Virus record (IMG/VR): IMGVR_UViG_3300025131_005047
Location: 1-62,858 of that record
Length of the DNA stretch: 62,858 nt
Origin: a virus
Taxonomy: Duplodnaviria; Caudoviricetes
Reading direction: 5' to 3' (one strand)
Notes under the pieces: model-generated
Database searches by the model: none
What the model saw: the letters and a program-made list of their open reading frames with translations, nothing else
What the model was told of the DNA's origin: nothing
Shown here: positions 39,399-48,300 of the stretch, piece after piece
How positions within the stretch are numbered: the stretch's first letter is position 1
Layout of the letters: every line of letters begins with the position of its first letter
Program-made: the position numbers and the translations under genes

Positions 39399-39809
39399 AT
39401 GAAGCTTTACAACTCATTAAAAGGTCTTATATTAGAAGCGGCAAACCGGGTGGAGATTGAAGAGGCCATTAAGGGTAGGAATGTTGTGTCAATATATTAT
39501 GCTGGAGATACTACGTTAAACCCTGGTTGGAGAACTATAGAACCAGTATGTGATGGAATGAGTAGAACAAAAGTAGGCACTGGTAATTTGGTGGTAAGAG
39601 CATGGCAACGAGAAGGAGCAACAGATAGACCTAGAACAATGCCGGGTTGGAGACTGTTTAGAGCTGACAGAATTACAACTTGGAATCCTACTCTGGATAC
39701 TTTTGAGGAACCTAGGCCACATTTTAATCCTGTAGGGGATAAAACATTAAGAAATAATGCGTGTTTTGTAATTGCAGACTTCAAAACCGCACCAGAAACA
39801 ATAGTATAG
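39399..39809 (+). CDS. Stand-alone WYL-domain protein
   Basis: AIKGRNVVSIYY...WRTIEPVCDG...VVRAW...GWRLFRADRI matches the WYL R-x-[IV]-EP...R-x-FR-x-DRI signature. Confidence 0.8.
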   Translation: MKLYNSLKGLILEAANRVEIEEAIKGRNVVSIYYAGDTTLNPGWRTIEPVCDGMSRTKVGTGNLVVRAWQREGATDRPRTMPGWRLFRADRITTWNPTLDTFEEPRPHFNPVGDKTLRNNACFVIADFKTAPETIV

Positions 39810-39812
39810 AAA

Positions 39813-40472
39813 ATGGCAGATTTAACATCTTTAGAAACATCTTTATTAGCAGCAAAACAATTCATGAATCATGAAAAAATGCAAGTAAATGGTAAAGGAA
39901 ATACAATGACTCAACCTACGAGACCACTACAAGAGGTTGCGAGTGCTCCGGTACAATTTCCACAAAATACACCAATGCCTAACACCCCTCCACCGAGTCC
40001 ATCACTTTCTAACTTAAAGCCTCATTCTACTATAACCGAAGAATCTATTAGACAATCTAATCTTCCTCCAGCCATAAAAGAAGCGATGATAAAACACCCT
40101 ATACCAGATATTCAAACAGGAGCTGATTTAAATCCCGACTTCATAGATAAAGTAGCCCAAAAAATGAATGATAGCGACTACACTATACAAGGCATGAGAA
40201 ATACAGCAAACTCAACACTACAACAACCATTGACGGAATCTACACCTCAAATTAAAAAATCTCCTATACCATCACCTACTAGAACTCTAGAGTCGAGCGA
40301 TTTAAAAAATGAAATCAAAACTCTTATATCTGAAAGTCTTGACGAATTAATAGAAAATAAAATTAATAAGGTATTGATGGAATCTAAAAATGTAAAAGAA
40401 AATATACATTTTAGAGTGGGTAACAAAATATTCACAGGAAAAATTTCAAAAGTTAAAACATTAAAAAGTTAA
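39813..40472 (+). CDS. Hypothetical Pro-rich protein
   Basis: SNLPPAIKEAMIKHPI and C-terminal FRVGNKIFTGKI; several L/I-x-E sites. Confidence 0.65.
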   Translation: MADLTSLETSLLAAKQFMNHEKMQVNGKGNTMTQPTRPLQEVASAPVQFPQNTPMPNTPPPSPSLSNLKPHSTITEESIRQSNLPPAIKEAMIKHPIPDIQTGADLNPDFIDKVAQKMNDSDYTIQGMRNTANSTLQQPLTESTPQIKKSPIPSPTRTLESSDLKNEIKTLISESLDELIENKINKVLMESKNVKENIHFRVGNKIFTGKISKVKTLKS

Positions 40473-40475
40473 AGG

Positions 40476-40504
40476 TTGACATACCAATCATTTTTAGGTA
40501 CAAT
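40476..40504 (+). promoter_or_regulatory. Sigma70-like promoter heading the glycan/metabolic locus
   Basis: TTGACA (40476-40481), 17-nt spacer, TACAAT (40499-40504); ATG follows 21 nt later. Confidence 0.7.
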
Positions 40505-40525
40505 TTACTTAAATAAAAACTTAAT

Positions 40526-41758
40526 ATGTCAAAAATTAATGTACTAGTAATCCCGAGTGATAGGACTGGGGTTTCAAAATTCCGTTCCGTAGACCCACAT
40601 CTATATCTTCAAAAAATGTATCCTGATGACTTTTGGGTTGATATCGATTATGAACCAAAACTTGACGATGAAAACTTTCTTAAAAAATATCAAATAATCC
40701 ATTATCATAGAAGTTTATCGCCAGATTATAATAAGTCTTTGGACTCTCTTCCCCTAATTCAAAAATTAGGTATTATAGATATAATGGATTTAGACGATTA
40801 TTGGTTACCTAATAGAGAACATCCCGCCTATATGTTAATTAAACAAAATGGTATGGATAAAATGATATTAAAAAATTTACAAGCTGCGGGCCATGTAGTT
40901 ACCACCACACCTATTTTTGCAGCAGAAATTAAACCTCATTGTGATAAAGTATTTGTTTTACCTAACGCGGTAGACCCCACTGAAAAACAGTTTACTCCTA
41001 ATTATGAAAAGTCTGATAAAGTTCGTGTAGGGTGGCTAGGAGGTTCTTCTCACATGGCAGACTTAGAGCTACTTAATGGTATAATTGGTAAATTAGGTCC
41101 TACCGCATCTAAATCACAATTTGTTTTATGTGGTTTTGATACTAGAGGTAGTGTTACCATGATTAACCAAGAAACCAAAGAACAAACAAATAGAGCTATC
41201 ACCCCTAAAGAATCTGTTTGGTTTAAGTATGAACAGATTTTTACGGATGGGTACAACACAGTGGACGAAAATTACAAAAAGTATTTAATGGAATTCAAAA
41301 GAGATGAATATACTGAGGACTTTAACGATTTAAATTATAGAAGAGTGTGGACAAGACCTATTACAACCTACGCTGAAAATTATAATCGTTTTGATATTAG
41401 TTTAGCTCCACTAAAACATCATACATTTAACAGAGTAAAATCACAGTTAAAGGTGATAGAAGCTGGGTTCCATAAAAAAGCATTAATTGCTCAAAATTAC
41501 GGGCCTTATCAAATAGACTGTGTTAATGCTAGGGAACGTGGTGGAACTATTAATGATAAAGGAAATGCCTTGTTAGTAGATAAAGTTAAAAATCATAAGT
41601 TGTGGGGGAAATACACTAAATTATTAATTAATAACCCAGATTTAAGGAAACAGTTAGGTGAAAATTTATATAGGGATGTACAACCTTATCACATTAAAAA
41701 TGTAACAGCTAAAAGAGCTGAGATTTACAAAGAATTAGTTAGACAAAAAAATAAATAA
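40526..41758 (+). CDS. GT-B fold glycosyltransferase (GT4-like)
   Basis: MDLDDYW, VLPNA, VGWLGGSSH, DISLAPL...FNRVKSQLKVIEAG. Confidence 0.8.
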   Translation: MSKINVLVIPSDRTGVSKFRSVDPHLYLQKMYPDDFWVDIDYEPKLDDENFLKKYQIIHYHRSLSPDYNKSLDSLPLIQKLGIIDIMDLDDYWLPNREHPAYMLIKQNGMDKMILKNLQAAGHVVTTTPIFAAEIKPHCDKVFVLPNAVDPTEKQFTPNYEKSDKVRVGWLGGSSHMADLELLNGIIGKLGPTASKSQFVLCGFDTRGSVTMINQETKEQTNRAITPKESVWFKYEQIFTDGYNTVDENYKKYLMEFKRDEYTEDFNDLNYRRVWTRPITTYAENYNRFDISLAPLKHHTFNRVKSQLKVIEAGFHKKALIAQNYGPYQIDCVNARERGGTINDKGNALLVDKVKNHKLWGKYTKLLINNPDLRKQLGENLYRDVQPYHIKNVTAKRAEIYKELVRQKNK

Positions 41759-41760
41759 TT

Positions 41761-42018
41761 ATGTCTCAAGATAATAAATTACCAGAATGGTTCGATGGTG
41801 AACTTTATGAAAAAGGAGATGTGGTTACTAATCGATTCTCAGGTGAAGAATACACCTTAACCTCCGAAGAATTATCTATGTATGATTTTATAATGGGAGC
41901 ACAAATAATTTTAGAAATGGGTATGAACAACCAATCCCAAACTATTTTAGATATGAGAAAAGGATTAGAATGGTTCAGAGAAAATAATAACGAGGCCTAT
42001 ATGGTCTTACTAGATTAA
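41761..42018 (+). CDS. Hypothetical protein
   Basis: 85 aa operon member; VTNRFSGE...LS-x-YD...AYMVLLD. Confidence 0.7.
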   Translation: MSQDNKLPEWFDGELYEKGDVVTNRFSGEEYTLTSEELSMYDFIMGAQIILEMGMNNQSQTILDMRKGLEWFRENNNEAYMVLLD

Positions 42019-42030
42019 AAATTTAAAAAA

Positions 42031-42210
42031 ATGACAGTAGAAATTAATATAATAGAAAATGGACCTATATTGGTCAAAGGAAAAACTACCGTAACAAAAG
42101 GTGGTGAAAAAGTAGTAGTTAGTGAAAATTATGCATTATGTAGATGTGGGCAATCCCACAATCAACCAATGTGTGATGGAACACATAAATCATGTAATTT
42201 TAAAGGATAA
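42031..42210 (+). CDS. CDGSH-type 2Fe-2S domain protein (59 aa, below the ORF-track cut-off)
   Basis: Read by hand: MTVEINIIENGPILVKGKTTVTKGGEKVVVSENYALCRCGQSHNQPMCDGTHKSCNFKG*, with the C-x-C-x2-S-x3-P-x-C-D-G-T-H signature. Confidence 0.9.
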   Translation: MTVEINIIENGPILVKGKTTVTKGGEKVVVSENYALCRCGQSHNQPMCDGTHKSCNFKG

Positions 42211-42214
42211 AAAT

Positions 42215-42448
42215 ATGTACTATCAAGCAATCGTAGCATTTGAAACAGGAGTTATCGACGGTAACGGTAATCCAAAGATTAAAAAATTTAAATATGTTGT
42301 AGAGTCTGAATCGGTTTTTGAAGCAAATAAAAGACTTGCACATTATCTATCTGAAGACACTAGAGATTCAGAAATCATATCGGTGGTTAAAGCCCCGTAT
42401 GAAGATATTTTACACCCAGAACTAACACCAAATTATTATAAACAATGA
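42215..42448 (+). CDS. DUF4494-like small protein
   Basis: Likely start ATG 42215 (MYYQAIV...KYVVESESVFEA...EIISV); recalled resemblance to the Bacteroidota DUF4494 family. Confidence 0.55.
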   Translation: MYYQAIVAFETGVIDGNGNPKIKKFKYVVESESVFEANKRLAHYLSEDTRDSEIISVVKAPYEDILHPELTPNYYKQ

Positions 42449-43134
42449 TTGACAATATAAACAAATTATTATTTTTAGATATAGAAACTGTTGGTGCTTA
42501 TAAAGACCTAGATGAATTATATCGTGAAGACAAACAACTTAGCAAAGTATGGGATGATAGTGGTTATGAGTATTTTAAAAGACACTACCCTGAAGATTCG
42601 GAATTATCAAGTACTGATGTGTTTAGTAAACGTGCAGGTCTATTATCTGAGTTTGGAAAAATAGTTTGTATATCTGTTGGATTTGTTTTGGAAGATGGAG
42701 AAATTAAGTTGGATAGTTTTACTGGTGGTGAAGAAGAGATTCTAACAAAATGTTCTAGTCTTTTAAATAGAGTGGACAAATTAGGATTTCTTATTTGTGG
42801 TCATAATGTAAAAAACTTTGACCTGCCATATATTGGAAAAAGAATGTTAATAAATAATATTACAGTTCCTAATATTATACCTAACTATAAAATAAAACCT
42901 TGGGAATCTAGAGTTCTAGATACTAAAGAGGTTTGGAACTTTAATTCCTATAGGGGACTGTCCTCTCTAGAATTAGTGTGTGCATCTCTAGGGATACCAA
43001 ACCCTAAAGATAATGAAGTAACGGGGGCAAATCTCCACTCTTTTTACTACACTGAAGGAGATATAGAAAAGATTAAAGACTATTGTGAGAAAGATGTTAA
43101 ATCTTTAATAAATTTTGTACAAAAAATAAAATAA
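42445..43134 (+). CDS. PolB-like 3'-5' exonuclease (DnaQ/RNase H fold)
   Basis: FLDIETV, EFGKIVCISVG, GHNVKNFDLPY, LDT, YCEKDV. Confidence 0.88.
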   Translation: MIDNINKLLFLDIETVGAYKDLDELYREDKQLSKVWDDSGYEYFKRHYPEDSELSSTDVFSKRAGLLSEFGKIVCISVGFVLEDGEIKLDSFTGGEEEILTKCSSLLNRVDKLGFLICGHNVKNFDLPYIGKRMLINNITVPNIIPNYKIKPWESRVLDTKEVWNFNSYRGLSSLELVCASLGIPNPKDNEVTGANLHSFYYTEGDIEKIKDYCEKDVKSLINFVQKIK

Positions 43135-43135
43135 T

Positions 43136-43744
43136 ATGATAGAAGGATTAATGGGTAAAATAAAAAAACTACAAACATTGGCTAGTGTAAGTCCTGATAG
43201 CATGATGAAAGAAGTAATGGATATTCAAAACGATGCAAACCTTTTAAAGGATTTAGAAAAATTACAAATGGAGGACCTTGCCCCAGAACCGCAAAAAATA
43301 CCAGTTAAATTTATAAATAAAAGCAATCATCCAGACCCAGCCTTTCAACATAAAGATGATAGTGGTTTTGACTTTAGAGCAAATATACCAAGAGACACAT
43401 TAACATTAAAACCTATGGCGCGACTAGCGGTTCCTACCGGCCTATACTTTGAGTTACCCGAGCATTATGAATTACAAGTAAGACCAAGAAGTGGTTTAGC
43501 TTATAATCACGGTATAACAGTACTTAATACTCCAGGTACTGTAGATAGAGGATATAGAGGAGAGATTAAAATCATTTTAATTAATTTAGGTCAAGAAAAT
43601 TTTGTCATCAATGATGGCGATAGAATAGCACAAGGAGTAATAAACGGCATATTATCACAATATTGGTCTGATTTCATTAAAGTTAATGAGATTTCTGAAA
43701 CTGAACGTTCTGATAATGGTTTTGGTAGTACAGGTAAAAAATAA
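43136..43744 (+). CDS. dut: Trimeric dUTPase with N-terminal extension
   Basis: SGFDF, RPRSGLA, GTVDRGYRGEI, RIAQ, R-x-x-x-GFGSTG. Confidence 0.95.
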   Translation: MIEGLMGKIKKLQTLASVSPDSMMKEVMDIQNDANLLKDLEKLQMEDLAPEPQKIPVKFINKSNHPDPAFQHKDDSGFDFRANIPRDTLTLKPMARLAVPTGLYFELPEHYELQVRPRSGLAYNHGITVLNTPGTVDRGYRGEIKIILINLGQENFVINDGDRIAQGVINGILSQYWSDFIKVNEISETERSDNGFGSTGKK

Positions 43745-44724
43745 TGAAAAACATATTAATAACTGGTGGACTAGGTTTTATTGGGGCGGCCTTAACAAAA
43801 AGATTACATAATAAGTACCCTGAGTATAAATTAATTATTGTTGATAATAATAAAGACCAACATAGATTAGATGAAATAAAAAAAAGTATAAAACTTTATT
43901 CATATGATATATGTGACCAAAGACTTATAGATAAATTATTTGACCTATATGCTTTTGATGGTGTTTTTCATTTGGCTTCAAGAAAACCTAAAGTAAATGA
44001 AGAATATAAAGAAACTCAATTTATAAAAACTAATATTGTAGGAACTTCAATTATACTAAATAATTGTGTTAAACATAAAAGTAGAATATTATATACATCT
44101 AATACTGAAGTATATGGTAGTTTAGATATGGATAAACGTACCCATTTATATGAAACCAATTGTTATCATCCATCAACTCCTTATGCTGCATCTAAAGCTG
44201 CTGCAGACCACCTTATAACATCTTATCATGAAAAATACGGTTTAGATACTTTAATAACTAATATATCTAATACCTATGGTCCAGACCAAGACAATGAAGA
44301 TTTTGTTTATATTATTATAAATTGTTTATTAAATAATAAATCTGTTCCTGTTTATGGAACCGGTGAAAATGTAAGAGATTGGGTTTATGTTGATGATGTG
44401 ATTGATATGTTAGATTTAGCTTATCATAAAGGAATATCTGGAGAAAATTATAATGCGGGAGGTGGAGAGCTTAACGAATTTACTAATATTGAATTAATAA
44501 ATCAAATTAGTAGAGGTATAACTAATATTTTAAATGGTGAGCCTTCTCAGCATAGATTAATTAATCACCTTTCAGATATTGGTGGTCATGATTTAAGACA
44601 TTCGGTTAATTACGATAAAAGTATTCTTAGGTTACGTTGGAAACCTAAAACCCATATCGAAATGGGTATAAATGAAACTATAAAATGGCATATGAATAAA
44701 GATGGGATTAACAATAGCATTTAG
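43744..44724 (+). CDS. RmlB-like NAD-dependent epimerase/dehydratase with altered active site
   Basis: ITGGLGFIG, PYAASKAAADHL, SNTYGP, VYGTGENVRDW, GHDLRH; has SNTEVYG where RmlB has STDEVYG. Confidence 0.8.
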   Translation: MKNILITGGLGFIGAALTKRLHNKYPEYKLIIVDNNKDQHRLDEIKKSIKLYSYDICDQRLIDKLFDLYAFDGVFHLASRKPKVNEEYKETQFIKTNIVGTSIILNNCVKHKSRILYTSNTEVYGSLDMDKRTHLYETNCYHPSTPYAASKAAADHLITSYHEKYGLDTLITNISNTYGPDQDNEDFVYIIINCLLNNKSVPVYGTGENVRDWVYVDDVIDMLDLAYHKGISGENYNAGGGELNEFTNIELINQISRGITNILNGEPSQHRLINHLSDIGGHDLRHSVNYDKSILRLRWKPKTHIEMGINETIKWHMNKDGINNSI

Positions 44725-46216
44725 CACAAAAGAAATAGATAATAAATTTATATCTCATCTAAAAGAAAGTTGTGGTGTAAAGGATGTTCAAATTTTACCG
44801 TATGAGAATAAAGGAACTATGTCTCTCACTCAGGTTTATAATAAAGCCTTGGAAGACTCTACCTCTGATATTATTGTGTTTACCCATGACGATGTAATAT
44901 TAGGTAAAAATAATTGGGGCAAAAAACTAATCAAACAATACACTAATTCTGATTTTGGTTTGTTAGGTGTAGCTGGTACCACTAATATGGCATCTACAGG
45001 AAGATGGTGGGAGGACACCTCTAAAATGATTGGTAGGGTAAGTCATTCCCATGAAGGTAATACATGGACAAACAACTATAGTAATACTTTTCCTGGTAAA
45101 ATTTTAGAAGTGTGTTGTTTAGATGGTGTATTTTTTTCATGCCATAAAAAAAGAATAAAAAATAGTTTCGATGAGAATATTAATGGTTTTCACTTTTATG
45201 ATGTAGATTTTAGTTTTGGCAACCACCTACATGATGTAAAATGTGGTGTTATTTTCGATGTTAAACTAACACATAAATCTATTGGTCAAACCAACGATGA
45301 ATGGGAAAGTCATAGAATAGACTTTGTTGAGAAGTACTCTTTTATGCCTAATACTGACAAACCTTGTTTACCGTACAGTATCCAACCTACTATAATTTAT
45401 AGGGATAAACTAATAAAGATAAAAAACCCACCAAAGGTTAGCATAATAATTCCTACTATTGATAATATAGATATGTTGTTTAGATGTGTGGATTCACTGT
45501 TAGAAAAAAGTAATTACAAGAATATTGAAATATTAATTGCGGATACTGGGAGTAGCGAGGAAAATCTAGAGGAGATGAAAAATAGATACCCTCAAGATTT
45601 TATTAAGATACTTGAGTACGATTATTATCATTTTGCAGAGATTAATAATGACGTAGTCAATAACCATGTTAGTCCTGACACTGAACTTCTACTATTCTCC
45701 AATAATGATATTGAGTTAATAAATGATGCTATAAGTGAAATGGTTAGTCTCTGGAGTAAAAATAAAAGACGTTGTGGGACTGTAGGTGCAAGACTACACT
45801 TTGAAGATAATACTCTACAACATGCTGGAATGTTTCTTTTTGGTAGAAGAGAGGGTGAAAATATAAATTTAGGTCTTACACATCATGGTCATCGGTCACC
45901 CTACACTTATCCTTTTGATAATGTGACAGGAACAATAGGCAATACTGCCGCTTTTGTTCTAATAAGTAAATCTCTGTTTAAGGATGTAGGAATGTTTAAT
46001 GAAGAGTATATGGAATGTTTAGAAGATGTAGAATTAAACCTAGCTTGTGCAGCTAAAGGAAGATTGAATTGTTTTGCGGGTAACGCTGTAGGATATCATT
46101 ATGAAAGTATAACAAGAAAGACGGATGGTAAATTAAACCCCCAAGACTGGCAAAAATTGGTGGCTTACATTAGAAGTAATCCCAAATTAACTAACTTAAT
46201 AAAAATAATAAACTAA
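44702..46216 (+). CDS. Two-domain GT-A glycosyltransferase (GT2-like + GT2)
   Basis: VFTHDDV...LDGVF...FHFYDVD, then VSIIIPT...ADTGS...SNNDIE...EDVELNL...HYES. Confidence 0.85.
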   Translation: MGLTIAFSTKEIDNKFISHLKESCGVKDVQILPYENKGTMSLTQVYNKALEDSTSDIIVFTHDDVILGKNNWGKKLIKQYTNSDFGLLGVAGTTNMASTGRWWEDTSKMIGRVSHSHEGNTWTNNYSNTFPGKILEVCCLDGVFFSCHKKRIKNSFDENINGFHFYDVDFSFGNHLHDVKCGVIFDVKLTHKSIGQTNDEWESHRIDFVEKYSFMPNTDKPCLPYSIQPTIIYRDKLIKIKNPPKVSIIIPTIDNIDMLFRCVDSLLEKSNYKNIEILIADTGSSEENLEEMKNRYPQDFIKILEYDYYHFAEINNDVVNNHVSPDTELLLFSNNDIELINDAISEMVSLWSKNKRRCGTVGARLHFEDNTLQHAGMFLFGRREGENINLGLTHHGHRSPYTYPFDNVTGTIGNTAAFVLISKSLFKDVGMFNEEYMECLEDVELNLACAAKGRLNCFAGNAVGYHYESITRKTDGKLNPQDWQKLVAYIRSNPKLTNLIKIIN

Positions 46217-46217
46217 T

Positions 46218-46994
46218 ATGAAAATAGGAATATCTTATAATTTATTTGATGGTGAAGAACTACTAGAAAGTTCTATTAAAAGTATTCGAGATAATGTAGA
46301 ATATATAAGTGTGGTATACCAAACCACATCTAACTTCGGTAATCAATGTGGTAAAGAACTAGTACCTCTTTTAACTACATTAAAAGAAAAAGGATTAATA
46401 GACGAATTGTATTTCTATAAACCTATCTTACGAGGTGGGGGACATTTTAACGAAATAACAAAAAGAAATATCGGATTATCTTTATCTGAACGTAATGGAT
46501 GTACTCATCATATGGCAATGGATTCCGACGAATTTTACACTTCAACACAATTTTTCAATATGAAAAACATATTGAAAGAAGGTAACTATGATTCAAGTGC
46601 ATGTCAAATGGTAACCTACTATAAGGAACCAATTTATAGATTAGAACCTAAAGAAGAATATTACGTGTCCTTACTTTTTAAAATTAACCCAGGGAGGGCT
46701 TATAAAATTAATTGCCCATTTCCTGTTTTAGTAGACCCGACTAGGAGAATGGAGGGTGGTACTTGTAAGATTTTTAAAAGAGAAGAAATTGAAATGCACC
46801 ATATGAGTTATGTTAGAAAAAATATTAAAACTAAATTAACCAATTCCTCTGCCTCCCCAAACTTTAGAGATATTGATAGGATAGTTAATTATTATAATTC
46901 CTGGAAATACCCAAAACAAGGTTTAATGGGTGGTTCTCCAGATAAATTTTACGATATAGTAAAAGAAGAAAAACTATTTGACTCATGGGAATAA
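46218..46994 (+). CDS. GT-A fold glycosyltransferase-like protein
   Basis: KRNIGL...MDSDEFY (DxD)...VDPTRR...MHHMSYVR. Confidence 0.65.
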   Translation: MKIGISYNLFDGEELLESSIKSIRDNVEYISVVYQTTSNFGNQCGKELVPLLTTLKEKGLIDELYFYKPILRGGGHFNEITKRNIGLSLSERNGCTHHMAMDSDEFYTSTQFFNMKNILKEGNYDSSACQMVTYYKEPIYRLEPKEEYYVSLLFKINPGRAYKINCPFPVLVDPTRRMEGGTCKIFKREEIEMHHMSYVRKNIKTKLTNSSASPNFRDIDRIVNYYNSWKYPKQGLMGGSPDKFYDIVKEEKLFDSWE

Positions 46995-47617
46995 TAAATG
47001 ATTTTTTTGATAAAATTTATTGTGTTAATCTAGATGAACGGGTTGACCGATGGGAACAAGCCCAAAAAGAATTTACCAAACTAGGAATAAATGATGTTAC
47101 TAGGTTTTCTGCTGTTAAACATGAAAATGGTGCTATAGGATGTAGAGAGAGTCATCTAGGGATTATTAGAGAGGCAAAAGAGTTAGGATTAGACAATGTA
47201 TTAATCTTTGAAGACGATTTATTAGTTTTAGATGAACATGTAGATAAAATACATTTAGCCTTAAAAGATTTAGAGACTGTAGACTGGGATTTATTTTATT
47301 TTGGTGCAACAGTAGACCCTAATGTTGGGCAACTTCAAAGAGTTACGGAGTACTTAGTAAGAACCAACTGGGCATATACAACACATGCTTACGCAGTTCC
47401 ATCCAGACTATTTGATTATATTTTAAGTGAAGGACCTAACCATGGAATAATTGATGTATTTTTATGTACAACAATTGTACCTAGAGGAAAAACTTTTATT
47501 ATGAATCCACTTTTATGTATACAACAAGAGAGTTATAGTGACATAGAAAAGCATGACGCGGATTACTGGTGGATGATTAAGTTTTTCAATAACGTATTAA
47601 ATAAAGAAAAAAAATAA
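46985..47617 (+). CDS. GT25 family glycosyltransferase
   Basis: YCVNLDERVDRW, RFSAV, GCRESH, LIFEDD, TTHAY. Confidence 0.85.
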   Translation: MGIINDFFDKIYCVNLDERVDRWEQAQKEFTKLGINDVTRFSAVKHENGAIGCRESHLGIIREAKELGLDNVLIFEDDLLVLDEHVDKIHLALKDLETVDWDLFYFGATVDPNVGQLQRVTEYLVRTNWAYTTHAYAVPSRLFDYILSEGPNHGIIDVFLCTTIVPRGKTFIMNPLLCIQQESYSDIEKHDADYWWMIKFFNNVLNKEKK

Positions 47618-48300
47618 TGGCATATAATCACGAAAAAGGAACATGTTGGTACAATGAAAAGACTTGTTGTTATATTGGAATACCTAAAACCGCTTCCACA
47701 ACTATGAGAAGAGTTTTTAGTTTAGAGTCGGTGGACAACTATTATCAACCAGAAAACGTTAACATAAAAAAGTTGGATTTAATTACTATTTTTAGAAATC
47801 CTTTAGATAGGCTCGTATCAGCTTATAATGAAGTAGTTACGAGAGGTGGTCATCCTGTTGAAGGTGAAGGAATAAGAAAAGCTTCTTTTTGGAAGATGCC
47901 TGAGAGTAAAGAAAGATTTATTACATTTTTAGATGATATAGAAAAAGAATTTTTTGATTCTCATGTTGAAGAGCAGCTATTCTATATGACTAATGAAAAT
48001 GATGAACTGTTACCTTTTACTCACATATTGGATTTTAATAATTTAGATGACCAGTTCATCAATGTCCTAGGTTTACGGACCACTGAAAACCCAGACTATT
48101 TTTTAAAGCATGACGGGATGGTACAAATAAGAGTTCATCAACGAAGTAAAGACTCGGATAGAGAAAGAACTAATAATTATTTAGATGATACACTTATAGA
48201 GAGAATTAAAAAAATATACTATAGAGATTTTGAGTTCTTTAATCTTCTAACTAAGCCAAAACCAACACCTAAACTCTTTAATAGTAATTTAAAATGGTAA
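47617..48300 (+). CDS. Sulfotransferase (Sulfotransfer_2 type)
   Basis: 5'-PSB IPKTASTT, 3'-PB FRNPLDRLVSAY, C-terminal IYYRDF. Confidence 0.85.
   Translation: MAYNHEKGTCWYNEKTCCYIGIPKTASTTMRRVFSLESVDNYYQPENVNIKKLDLITIFRNPLDRLVSAYNEVVTRGGHPVEGEGIRKASFWKMPESKERFITFLDDIEKEFFDSHVEEQLFYMTNENDELLPFTHILDFNNLDDQFINVLGLRTTENPDYFLKHDGMVQIRVHQRSKDSDRERTNNYLDDTLIERIKKIYYRDFEFFNLLTKPKPTPKLFNSNLKW

Noticed and set aside
42122-42214. GTG-started 5' extension of the 42122..42448 ORF
   Set aside because: Overlaps the CDGSH gene out of frame; ATG 42215 follows the CDGSH stop by 4 nt.
40526-47617. T4-style DNA glucosylation as the purpose of the GTs
   Set aside because: No hydroxymethylase or other base-modifying enzyme in the window, and GT10/11/25 are surface-glycan families. 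Not excluded for individual GT-B genes.
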